Shown piece by piece: positions 51,840 through 60,122 of a stretch of DNA of 64,000 nucleotides. The notes under the pieces were generated by a model. The model was not told where the DNA came from and did not search any database. It saw only the letters and a program-made list of their open reading frames with translations. The stretch spans positions 1 through 64,000 of the forward strand of contig JAWODC010000015.1 in NCBI GenBank assembly GCA_046483495.1. The letters run 5' to 3'. Each line of letters opens with the position of its first letter. The first letter of the stretch is position 1. A program made the position numbers and the translations under genes. Source of the DNA: Desulfobacterales bacterium (GTDB lineage: Bacteria > Desulfobacterota > Desulfobacteria > Desulfobacterales > UBA5616).

Positions 51840-52856
51840 TCACACGGCGGCAAGGTCATAACCCATCTTTTTGAAAACCGGAGACAGCAGCTCGATCCCA
51901 AACCGTTCATGCTGCTTGACGGCCTCCTGGAAACGATACCAGTCTGTATTCTCGACTCGGATATCCTCACGCCAGAAATATGCGTCTTCAAAATGGAAGA
52001 GATTCGACCATATACCGCCACGGTCTTTCATTCCGCGGACGACGGATATCACCGCTTGATCGAACCACTTTTTTTCATCGAAAGCAGGCCAATCGAGCAG
52101 CATTCGAACCCGTGACATTCGGCCTTTTTCATATTTTTTTGCGGCACCGGTGTAAGTTTCTGCGTGAATAAACATCAATTCTTTCTCCAGGTTTGACCAA
52201 TTCGAGCGGTTATCCAACTTTCTTCGAGCTTGATGGTAGGCGCAGTATTTCTCAAACAGGGCTTTTGCAGCCGACAGCATTCTCGAGCGGTTATCGATGT
52301 CCGAATCGACCAATCGGTTATCCACCCACCGATGACTCATCCAGTCGGGATGGTGCTCCGCATTTGCATGGCCGATGTCCGGCTTTACATCCATTCCGAT
52401 ATTGTTGAAATAGTCATACCAGCCGACGAAGTTCTGATGCGCCCAGGTATCTGCAAACGCATGCGTGGCGATGCCGATTCTGTAAAGGCGGCTATCGGTT
52501 GAAGCTTTAAACGCTTCGTCAAGAAGTTCGTTCGCCGCCCGGCTGTTCGGGGTTGTGTTAAGAAGGTGCATTTTGCCGTCCCGCCGCCGTGCGGTATCGG
52601 CATCCGGCTCACCCGGCACAAAATGAAAAATCGGGTATATCCGCATCAATTCCTGTTTAGGCTTTAAAATATTCATCGTCTGACTGATGAAATTGCGGTA
52701 GGGCTTCATTTTGCCTTTTCTGTCAACGATTTTTCTGCAGAGATCGTTTTCATCCACATATTGTGATGAATAGGCGATTTTTAAGGCATCCTCTTTGTCG
52801 AATCCGGACCTGTAAGCGATAAGTCCGGTAATCCAGTAATGAAATTCAATATTCAA
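51840..52856 (-). CDS. DUF6765-like protein, putative zinc-dependent phosphodiesterase
   Basis: FHY, SSQYVD, FHF.PG, HAFADTWAHQNF, IGHA...HPD; TTG start with GGAGG RBS. Confidence 0.7.
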   Translation of the reverse strand: MNIEFHYWITGLIAYRSGFDKEDALKIAYSSQYVDENDLCRKIVDRKGKMKPYRNFISQTMNILKPKQELMRIYPIFHFVPGEPDADTARRRDGKMHLLNTTPNSRAANELLDEAFKASTDSRLYRIGIATHAFADTWAHQNFVGWYDYFNNIGMDVKPDIGHANAEHHPDWMSHRWVDNRLVDSDIDNRSRMLSAAKALFEKYCAYHQARRKLDNRSNWSNLEKELMFIHAETYTGAAKKYEKGRMSRVRMLLDWPAFDEKKWFDQAVISVVRGMKDRGGIWSNLFHFEDAYFWREDIRVENTDWYRFQEAVKQHERFGIELLSPVFKKMGYDLAAV

Positions 52857-52874
52857 GAAGACCTCCCCTCGGGC

Positions 52875-53159
52875 TCAGGCTGTCTTTGATAACAGCGTTA
52901 CGATTATCCCCGCAAATCTTTCGGCATTTAATACGATTTCCTTTATTTTCGTATTTCGGTGTGATGCGGACTTGACGATTTTCATGAGTTCGAACAGTCG
53001 CTTTGCATCCGTCGGCGTCGGAAAAAGCTTTTGTATTTCATCATCTGTCAGGCGGGTGACCGAAGACATTTTAGATGCCAATTTTTGATCCGTAACTTTT
53101 CCTGATGTTTTAACGGCGGTGTTTACGTCCTTTTCGAATTTTTCCCAGTTCAAAGGCAT
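52875..53159 (-). CDS. Hypothetical small helical protein
   Basis: 94-aa ORF, AGGAGA RBS, 18 bp gap to the next gene. Confidence 0.75.
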   Translation of the reverse strand: MPLNWEKFEKDVNTAVKTSGKVTDQKLASKMSSVTRLTDDEIQKLFPTPTDAKRLFELMKIVKSASHRNTKIKEIVLNAERFAGIIVTLLSKTA

Positions 53160-53173
53160 GATGTTTTCTCCTC

Positions 53174-53318
53174 AGCGCCCATCCAGAAATGGCTGATTCG
53201 CTCCATTTCGGCGTTGGCCGGGAAATTTTAATCCTCAAAATACTCAATGTATTCCTGCGGTTAAAATTTCCCGGCCGCCTTGAACTGAATCGAATTTTCT
53301 CATTTCTGGATGGACACT
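53174..53318. repeat. Palindromic 145-bp MITE/REP-like element, copy E
   Basis: Ends agcgcccatccagaaatg / catttctggatggacact; near-identical to 10550-10692. Confidence 0.9.
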
Positions 53319-53327
53319 CCATAAAAT

Positions 53328-53984
53328 TCAGTTGATAATGGATGCAATTTTTTCTTTAAACCGCTCACCGGAATCCACTAAACCCTCCAAACCCGATGCC
53401 GCCTTTAAAAGAGAGGAAACGGCTTCATCGGTCTTTTCGATATACTTGTCGATTTTCTCGTCTGACAGGCCGGCCAAATGCACATACCTGCTTCGACGTT
53501 CGGAAATATCGGATGCCGAAACCAAAAGGCCGGTAATGCTTTCGTTGATGAATTTAATCTGTGCATACGCATCGCGTATTTTTTCTTTCAGCTTTTTCTC
53601 GAGATCATCGAGAGGATCGATCAGTTCTGTTCTTTTTTCGTTGATTTTGTGTTGAAGTTTCGTCCCGGTGATAACAAGGAATCTCAACCGGTCTTCTTTG
53701 TCGTCTTCGGATACGATGGTATTCCACGCTGATTCGATGCTTGCCGTGGAAAAAAATTCTTCGGCAAATACCGGGACCCATTGGCTATCGACAAATCGAT
53801 CGACTTGCGCTCGTTTCTGGGCGAAGTATTCATGAACAGCCGCGATATGCGCTTTTTCGACAACGGCGATTCGGTTTCCGAGTTCACGAGATAATTCAGG
53901 TGCTTGCGGTGGTATCGCCGCACATCCCGTAAAGAGGAGGAAATGAAGGAAAAGCATCATTTTCATCCCGGTAGTCGCATTCAT
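53328..53984 (-). CDS. Hypothetical alpha-helical lipoprotein
   Basis: Lipobox LFTGC (Cys21), long charged amphipathic helices, AAGGAG RBS. Confidence 0.78.
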   Translation of the reverse strand: MNATTGMKMMLFLHFLLFTGCAAIPPQAPELSRELGNRIAVVEKAHIAAVHEYFAQKRAQVDRFVDSQWVPVFAEEFFSTASIESAWNTIVSEDDKEDRLRFLVITGTKLQHKINEKRTELIDPLDDLEKKLKEKIRDAYAQIKFINESITGLLVSASDISERRSRYVHLAGLSDEKIDKYIEKTDEAVSSLLKAASGLEGLVDSGERFKEKIASIIN

Positions 53985-54009
53985 GTCGATCTCCTTTCAG
54001 CCATGTTGG

Positions 54010-54600
54010 TTAAGGGGAATCACTCTGTTTCGAGGGTATAGAGGCTTTTTGCCGGGACATGTATAAAAAGCTTCCGATCAAGGATGTAAGCCGATAAATT
54101 CCCTTGCTGCCGCCCGCGATAAGCCCTGCCGTCAACAAGATATCCGTGGCGATGAAAACCACTTTTTGAGAACCGCTTATCGTGTGTATGTCATAGACCA
54201 CCTGCAATGTTCGAATGCCCGAAAAGCCGATTACGAGGCCCATCGCATAACCGCAGTACATCGCCAAAGACTGCGTCCCGTTCCGATAGCAGTCGAGCGC
54301 CTTTTGTGCGGCCCTCCGGTCGTTTTCGGTTTTCGCGTTTTTTATGATGCTCAACCTCTCCAGGCGGCCTTTTCTTCGCCAGATCGATTTAAAGACATCC
54401 AGAAACCGTTCCACAATCAAGGCGGCAAAGGAAAGGTTGATAAACAGCGTCCCGTAATCCACCTCATGCCACTTCTTGGGCTTTATAGCTTCGGCCCACC
54501 CCAGATGATGGATGACACCGGACACAAAAATGATGAGCACTGCAAGCGACAGAATCGGCACAACAAATCGTTCGCGATGATAAGCTCGTAAATTTCGCAT
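54010..54600 (-). CDS. Hypothetical 3-4 TM membrane protein (holin-like motifs)
   Basis: ALIVERFLDV, GLVIGFSGIRTL, DILLTAGLIAGGSKGIY; start uncertain. Confidence 0.7.
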   Translation of the reverse strand: MRNLRAYHRERFVVPILSLAVLIIFVSGVIHHLGWAEAIKPKKWHEVDYGTLFINLSFAALIVERFLDVFKSIWRRKGRLERLSIIKNAKTENDRRAAQKALDCYRNGTQSLAMYCGYAMGLVIGFSGIRTLQVVYDIHTISGSQKVVFIATDILLTAGLIAGGSKGIYRLTSLIGSFLYMSRQKASIPSKQSDSP

Positions 54601-54990
54601 GATATCAATAGATATAGGTACTATCCCAATTTTTTTAAGGGCAAGCGCAACGGTAACAAAAAGGAATGTGTTTGTCTGCCGGGCGGGCTTGATGAATCTT
54701 GTGGGGAAAAACAGACACAGCACGTGGGGAATACAAGAGTTAAAGTAAATAAGGAAAAAAAGTCAGAGGGTTATCGATAGGTATCGTCTTTTTTTGTTTG
54801 CCGCTTTTTTTGAATTTTTTTAATCCGAATTTGACTTTCGGAGTTTATCACAATGCTCTTTGCACTGATCGCCGGGTATTCGGTCGGCGCCGGTGAATGG
54901 CCAAACCGCTCTGCCTTTCGATATAAAAGCAGCAAATCGATCCGAATTCATAACGATCCGGCCTGCAGCCCCTCCGGGCTCACGGCAAAG

Positions 54991-55031
54991 AAAAAAACAG
55001 GCGAATCGCCTTTGGATGGCGGTTCGCCTGT
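54991..55031 (-). terminator. Terminator of DUF1329 paralog 2
   Basis: acaggcgaatcgcc...ggcggttcgcctgt stem plus T-tract on the minus strand. Confidence 0.8.
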
Positions 55032-55066
55032 AGGTCTTGAGCCGCTGCAATGCAGGGCGTGGACGG

Positions 55067-56284
55067 TTAGAATGTCGTTCCGAGCGCCGCCGGATTGAAA
55101 TGGTCCATGTTCATGGGGCCGTCCGCCGTAACGGTGTCCAGCAGATTGTTGCTCCAGTAAAAGTTTTTAAGGTCCGTCATGGCATCCGAGCACTGGGTCC
55201 AGGCCGGCTGATCCTGGGCCGTGGCATAATTGATGACGGCGGTCATCTGTCCTTTCCACAGGTTGCCCTGTTTGTCGAACACATGGGCATACATGCAGTG
55301 GTAAATGTCTTTTTCAATCCACAACGTCTTCTTTTGCTCCGGATGCCGTTCGGATTTCGGCGTGACATCGATGCAATACATTTCCCTGAGCTCGTAAGGG
55401 TCGGAAGGTCCTGAAACCACCGGATGCTTGTAGCCTCTCTCGTGTTCTGTTCCTTTCGTGCACCGGGTCTGTTGATTCATCAGGGCCAGAATCTTCGGTT
55501 CGCCGATCACTACGGGCTCCCAATCTCTGGGACGTCCGTCAAACCCGTAAAAATCATCCCAGGTAAACGGTGTTCCCCGGACCGGATTGGCCCTTTCACT
55601 TGACATCATTCGCAGCGTTCTGCGCAGGGTTGGAATATACGTCCACATATCGTCCGGCTTGGTCGTATCATTATACCGCCATGCCAGGGTGACCATGTCC
55701 TTGTTGACGCCGGTTCTGGTGTTTAACCAGAGTGCAGAGAAAAGATCATTGTTGTTCGGATAAACCGGCTTTGGATCGACCGCGGTTCGATGAGAGTAAA
55801 AAAACATATCGATTTGCGTAAGTGTTGAGCTAATCGGCCCGTTTTTTCGTTGAGAGGTGTACCAATAACCGTCATTGTAGGTATAGCCGTCCGACCGCCA
55901 TCGATAGTAATGATTCCACATGACCTTCATGGCCAGATTCGGCTCCTTCGGATCAGGAAATGGGAGTCCGGCGACCAGTCCGCTGATGGACCCGTCTTCA
56001 TTCAGCGTGACTTTTCCGATATTTTTCTTGGTCGCCTCAATAAACGTCGAGGGAACATCCACATCGGTGCGGTCCCGGACATGAATAACGGCCGGCTTTA
56101 CAAAGCCCCATCCATCTTTGATAAAGCCGTATAAAATTGTAGGCATATAGTCCTTATATTGATCGACATTGGATGAGTCGATCACATCACCGGGTTTAGG
56201 CTCATCTGCGAATGAAATCCCGGTCACACAGAAGATTAGTGCAACGGCTGCGGCAACCAGCAGCCTCATTCGTTTCCTGCCCAT
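55067..56284 (-). CDS. DUF1329-family exported protein, paralog 2
   Basis: Signal peptide; long identical stretches with paralog 1 (MWNHYYRWRSDG, SERANPVRGTPFTWDDFYGFDG). Confidence 0.85.
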   Translation of the reverse strand: MGRKRMRLLVAAAVALIFCVTGISFADEPKPGDVIDSSNVDQYKDYMPTILYGFIKDGWGFVKPAVIHVRDRTDVDVPSTFIEATKKNIGKVTLNEDGSISGLVAGLPFPDPKEPNLAMKVMWNHYYRWRSDGYTYNDGYWYTSQRKNGPISSTLTQIDMFFYSHRTAVDPKPVYPNNNDLFSALWLNTRTGVNKDMVTLAWRYNDTTKPDDMWTYIPTLRRTLRMMSSERANPVRGTPFTWDDFYGFDGRPRDWEPVVIGEPKILALMNQQTRCTKGTEHERGYKHPVVSGPSDPYELREMYCIDVTPKSERHPEQKKTLWIEKDIYHCMYAHVFDKQGNLWKGQMTAVINYATAQDQPAWTQCSDAMTDLKNFYWSNNLLDTVTADGPMNMDHFNPAALGTTF

Positions 56285-56655
56285 TCATCAGCCTCCTTGT
56301 TTAAAAAAGGTGAATAAAAACTGAATAAATCATGTGAATCCGAATTTGATTCAGTTTTTTAAATATAATACAATAAATTGGCTGTCAACTTATTTTCCTT
56401 GCCCTTCTGAATCCGACCGCCGTTCCGGTGCATTTTGGGGTAAAACACGAAACGAGGGCTAAAAACCGACTTGCCTTCAATCAATGATTGTGTTTTGCTT
56501 TTAACCCATTGATGTTTTCGTAATATCATGCCCTCCTTCCATATCCGACTTGGATTTTTATTCCGATCATGATATTTTGATAGTGTATAATCTTTAGGAA
56601 TATATGGTTTTTAAGGGACTCAACGGTTGCGGGAAGCATTAAAGAGAGGTTGCAT

Positions 56656-56856
56656 ATGTGTTTGAGTACGGTTTTCTTGAATACCGGCCAATCCAAAAAA
56701 GTCGTGATGAAAGACGTGGCGCGGATTGAAGCCGAGGGAAGCGGATTTTGGCTGATCAGCCTTTTCGGCGAAAAAACGTTTGTAGAAGGGGCGGTAAAAA
56801 CCATTGATTTTACGGATGAGCATTTACTCGAGCTGGAAAGTGCCCCTGCAAAATGA
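56656..56856 (+). CDS. CooT-family nickel-binding protein
   Basis: MC start, VMKDVARI, LFGE, IDF; 66 aa. Confidence 0.75.
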   Translation: MCLSTVFLNTGQSKKVVMKDVARIEAEGSGFWLISLFGEKTFVEGAVKTIDFTDEHLLELESAPAK

Positions 56857-56958
56857 TCTGGTGAAAAGCCAATACATGCAGCAGGTTTGAAGGAAGGACA
56901 TCGTAATGGATTTTTTTTCATGTCTTTGTGCTTGCAGCAAAACGAAGGAGGGGAAAAA

Positions 56959-57156
56959 ATGGATTTTGGCGAAAAAGCCGACATCAGGCTGAACCATTGG
57001 TTAAAACACAATGAAACACACATAGCCGAATACGAAGCCTTTGTCGAAGAACTGGAAAAAGAGGGCTGGCATGCCTGTGCCGATCAGATAAGGGAACTGA
57101 TTACATTTTCCAGAAAAGGCAATGACTGTCTGCGCAAAGCCATCGAGGTGTTGTAA
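56959..57156 (+). CDS. Small helical protein with HWxxHNxxH motif
   Basis: 65 aa, LNHWLKHNETHIAEY; GGAGG RBS. Confidence 0.7.
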   Translation: MDFGEKADIRLNHWLKHNETHIAEYEAFVEELEKEGWHACADQIRELITFSRKGNDCLRKAIEVL

Positions 57157-57190
57157 GCACCTGAAGAAAAAGACATGAGGGGGCCTGCTT

Positions 57191-58102
57191 ATGAGAAAAG
57201 ATGTAACCTTTTTAAGTGACGGCATGACGTGTAAAGGATGGTTTTACCTGCCGGATGACCTAAGGGAAAATCAAAAAGTGCCCGTAGTAATTATGGCCCA
57301 CGGCTTTTCCGCTGTCAAGGAACATTACCTGTCACGCTATGCCGAAAGGTTCGTTTCATCCGGCATGGCGGTTCTGGTCTTTGACTATCGCTATCTTGGA
57401 GAGAGTGAAGGAGAACCGCGGGGACAGGTGCTGCCCCATACTCAGCTCAATGACTACAGAAATGCCCTCTCGTGGGTTTGCCGGCAAGCGGAAGTGGATC
57501 CCGACCGCTTGGGTGTTTGGGGAACATCGTATAGCGGGGGGCATGTGCTTCACCTGGGAGCATTCGACAGACGCATCAAAGCCGTTGTTTCACAGGTACC
57601 GAATATATGCGGTTGGCGATCCGTTTTGAAAAGTTCCGGCATGGAGGGGTTGCGTTTTCTGCAGGAAATGGTTGTAAACGACCGATTGTCGGCTTATCCG
57701 GATGAAATCCGATATCTTCCGGTGGTCGCTCCCGAAGGTGAGCCGGCGGCATTGGGCACTCCCGATGCTTATGCTTTTTTCCATTCCGGTGAAGAAAAAG
57801 CCGCCGAAAATTGGATCAACAAGGTCTCACTGGAATCCATCGAGAAGATGATCGAAAGTAATCCCGCCGACGCCATCGAGATCATATCTCCGACTCCCCT
57901 GATGATCGTCGCGGCCGTACAGGATTTCCTTATACCCATAGAAATTGTCCGTGAGGCATTTGAACGCGCCGGCGAACCCAAGAAACTGGTGGAAATTCCG
58001 TGCGGGCATTTCGATGTTTATTATGCATCGCCATGGCACGAACAGGCGGTTGAAGCGGCCGATCAGTGGTTTCGTAAACATCTGCTTGAAACGGGGGTTT
58101 GA
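57191..58102 (+). CDS. Alpha/beta hydrolase
   Basis: MAHGF, FDYR.LGESEGEPR, WGTSYSGG, GHFDVY. Confidence 0.9.
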   Translation: MRKDVTFLSDGMTCKGWFYLPDDLRENQKVPVVIMAHGFSAVKEHYLSRYAERFVSSGMAVLVFDYRYLGESEGEPRGQVLPHTQLNDYRNALSWVCRQAEVDPDRLGVWGTSYSGGHVLHLGAFDRRIKAVVSQVPNICGWRSVLKSSGMEGLRFLQEMVVNDRLSAYPDEIRYLPVVAPEGEPAALGTPDAYAFFHSGEEKAAENWINKVSLESIEKMIESNPADAIEIISPTPLMIVAAVQDFLIPIEIVREAFERAGEPKKLVEIPCGHFDVYYASPWHEQAVEAADQWFRKHLLETGV

Positions 58103-58172
58103 CAATTCGACATACCCGCATGAACGGTGATCCGCAAAAGAAATGCAACTCGGCCGAAGCGGAATGAGCGCT

Positions 58173-58580
58173 TCAGCGGAATTTTTCCCGTTTTAAAAGT
58201 ATAAGGGTCTCCTCGACCTGTAGTGTGCTCATGTAACCGATATCGATTAAAATCTCGCCTATGGGTCTGCGCTTCTTTTTTTCCAATTCTTCCCTTATCT
58301 GGATTATCATTCCTTTGATGAGTTGATCCGGCGTGATAAAACCTTTGGAAATGGCGATATCGCCGAATCGAGGTTCGATAAATGCCTCCAGCACATCATT
58401 GACCTGCTTTTCATTCATGTAACCCAGGTCGCGAAAAATCCGGCCGATCGGCCGATGCTTTTTTTCTGCATTCTTCTCCTTGATCTGAATGGTAAGGGCC
58501 TCGATAACCTGCGATAGATCGACAAATCCTCTTTTCATCGCCAACGTCGCAAACCGTTCCTTAATTTGTTTTATCACCAT
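58173..58580 (-). CDS. Stand-alone protein of tandem MshEN-like repeats
   Basis: RFATLAMKRGFV, RPIGRIFRDLGYM, RFGDIAISKGFI, RPIGEILIDIGYM. Confidence 0.65.
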   Translation of the reverse strand: MVIKQIKERFATLAMKRGFVDLSQVIEALTIQIKEKNAEKKHRPIGRIFRDLGYMNEKQVNDVLEAFIEPRFGDIAISKGFITPDQLIKGMIIQIREELEKKKRRPIGEILIDIGYMSTLQVEETLILLKREKFR

Positions 58581-58780
58581 GACCGGCGTCCTCTTCCTGG
58601 GGTTAGCTGCCGTTTACTGGTGAGAGTGCATACCACAAAAACATTGATTTGTCATGTTATGGTATTTTTTTTACTCAACTTTCATATCAATGGCAGAGCG
58701 GATCTGACTATTCGCCGGACAAGGAGTGAGACGGGTTGATGGGAGCATGGAAGAGGATTTTGCAAAAGGCAGGCCTGTGG

Positions 58781-59551
58781 TTACCTTTCCGCAGGGTCAC
58801 GTCGTTTTTCTTGCCGGATGATTTCTTCTTGCTCGGCGACGGCCTTCCGATGCTCATGCTCCCCGCGCCCGCCTTTTCGGCGGCGATCGATTTCTTCCTG
58901 CGCGGATACCCGACCATATAAAATCAAGGTGTCGTATGGGAGAACTTTCGTGGATCCCCTTGGAGCACCGATAAATGTTCCGTCGGTCCGGGTGATTCCC
59001 AGGACCATAAGACCCTCTTCCCGAAGTTTTAGTTCATTAAGCGTCCGATCCGCCATCCAATCCGTGGGCTTTACCTGCATTTCGGTGACCTGGTAATCTC
59101 CGGCCAGGTGAAGCAGACCGGCATAATCCTGAACATCCAGCCGGGTGTAGCGCCTCAATCCCCACCGGACTAGACCGGAAAGATGATTGTCGACCGCCCG
59201 GCTGGAAGCAACGCCCCATAATAAAACGATACCCAGGCAAAGCAGAAAAAGGCGTATTGCAATCGGACTCGTATTCTCCAGATTGACAAACGTCAGGATC
59301 AATGTGGACATGGCCGTTACGATCCCTGCATTTCCCAACAGCATCAGCATAAGGAGAATACGGCGCCGAAGAGGGTGATTTACAACTTTTTCAGATTCAT
59401 TGGTTGTAAATCCGACACCGGTAAACGCCGAACGCGCCTGAAATCGGGCGGATTCCCTGGACAAGCCCGTATGGGTCAGCGCGATGGCGGCGATTTTGGT
59501 GACCATTATGGAAAAGCTCAAAATAAGAAAAAGCGATAAAATTGCAAGCAT
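58781..59551 (-). CDS. TrkA-C (RCK C-terminal) domain membrane protein
   Basis: TGLSRESARFQARSAFTGVGFTT, TLNELKLREEGLMVLGITR, DTLILYG. Confidence 0.85.
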   Translation of the reverse strand: MLAILSLFLILSFSIMVTKIAAIALTHTGLSRESARFQARSAFTGVGFTTNESEKVVNHPLRRRILLMLMLLGNAGIVTAMSTLILTFVNLENTSPIAIRLFLLCLGIVLLWGVASSRAVDNHLSGLVRWGLRRYTRLDVQDYAGLLHLAGDYQVTEMQVKPTDWMADRTLNELKLREEGLMVLGITRTDGTFIGAPRGSTKVLPYDTLILYGRVSAQEEIDRRRKGGRGEHEHRKAVAEQEEIIRQEKRRDPAER

Positions 59552-59765
59552 TGAAGATATGTTCGCTTGAAAACAGGTTCGTGCTTATCTGGAAATTTTA
59601 TTAATTTTAAACCGCCGAGAGGAGATTTCAATAATGTCGATCCGGTATTTTGCACTACAGGTGCAAAAACGAGGACCGGGATATGACGATGTCGACGCAA
59701 ATCGGACCGACTGTGTATATTCCGGCTCGAAACGCTTCGGTAAACGTGGATACTAAATTTGGCAC

Positions 59766-59803
59766 AAAAAAAGCCAAACGACGCATTCCAATCGTTTGGC
59801 TTT
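59766..59803 (-). terminator. Terminator after tRNA-Ala
   Basis: aaagccaaacga...tcgtttggcttt stem with T-tract on the minus strand. Confidence 0.75.
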
Positions 59804-59813
59804 CATTTCGATG

Positions 59814-59889
59814 TGGTGGAGCTGAGGGGGCTCGAACCCCTGGCCTCATGACTGCCAGTCATGCGCTCTCCCAGCTGAGCTACAGCCCC
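59814..59889 (-). tRNA. tRNA-Ala (GGC)
   Basis: 76-nt cloverleaf GGGGCTG...CAGCTCCACCA, G3:U70 pair, anticodon loop ctGGCag. Confidence 0.97.
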
Positions 59890-60053
59890 TTTAATAGGAT
59901 AAAATCTTTATCTAACAAAGGCCGTTTGTCCTGTCAACACCTAATTCATATGGATCGGGAACGCTTAAAGGGGTTGCAAAACTACAGAGGCACCCTGAAT
60001 CCGGCGCCCGCTGAGTCGCGAGAGGCAATAATCGTCCGGAACCGGGGAATTCA

Positions 60054-60082
60054 TTGACAAAGCGGGGCTTTGAAAATATATT
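60054..60082 (+). promoter_or_regulatory. Sigma-70 promoter of the ppiD-like gene
   Basis: TTGACA-N17-TATATT. Confidence 0.65.
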
Positions 60083-60122
60083 ATCCGGAATTTTGAATCC
60101 ATAGAAAAAAAAGGAATTTAGA

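Noticed and set aside
34836..58718. CRISPR repeat interpretation of the 40-nt motif (reverse complement ends GATATGAAAG)
   Set aside because: Copies are kilobases apart, with no spacers and no cas genes
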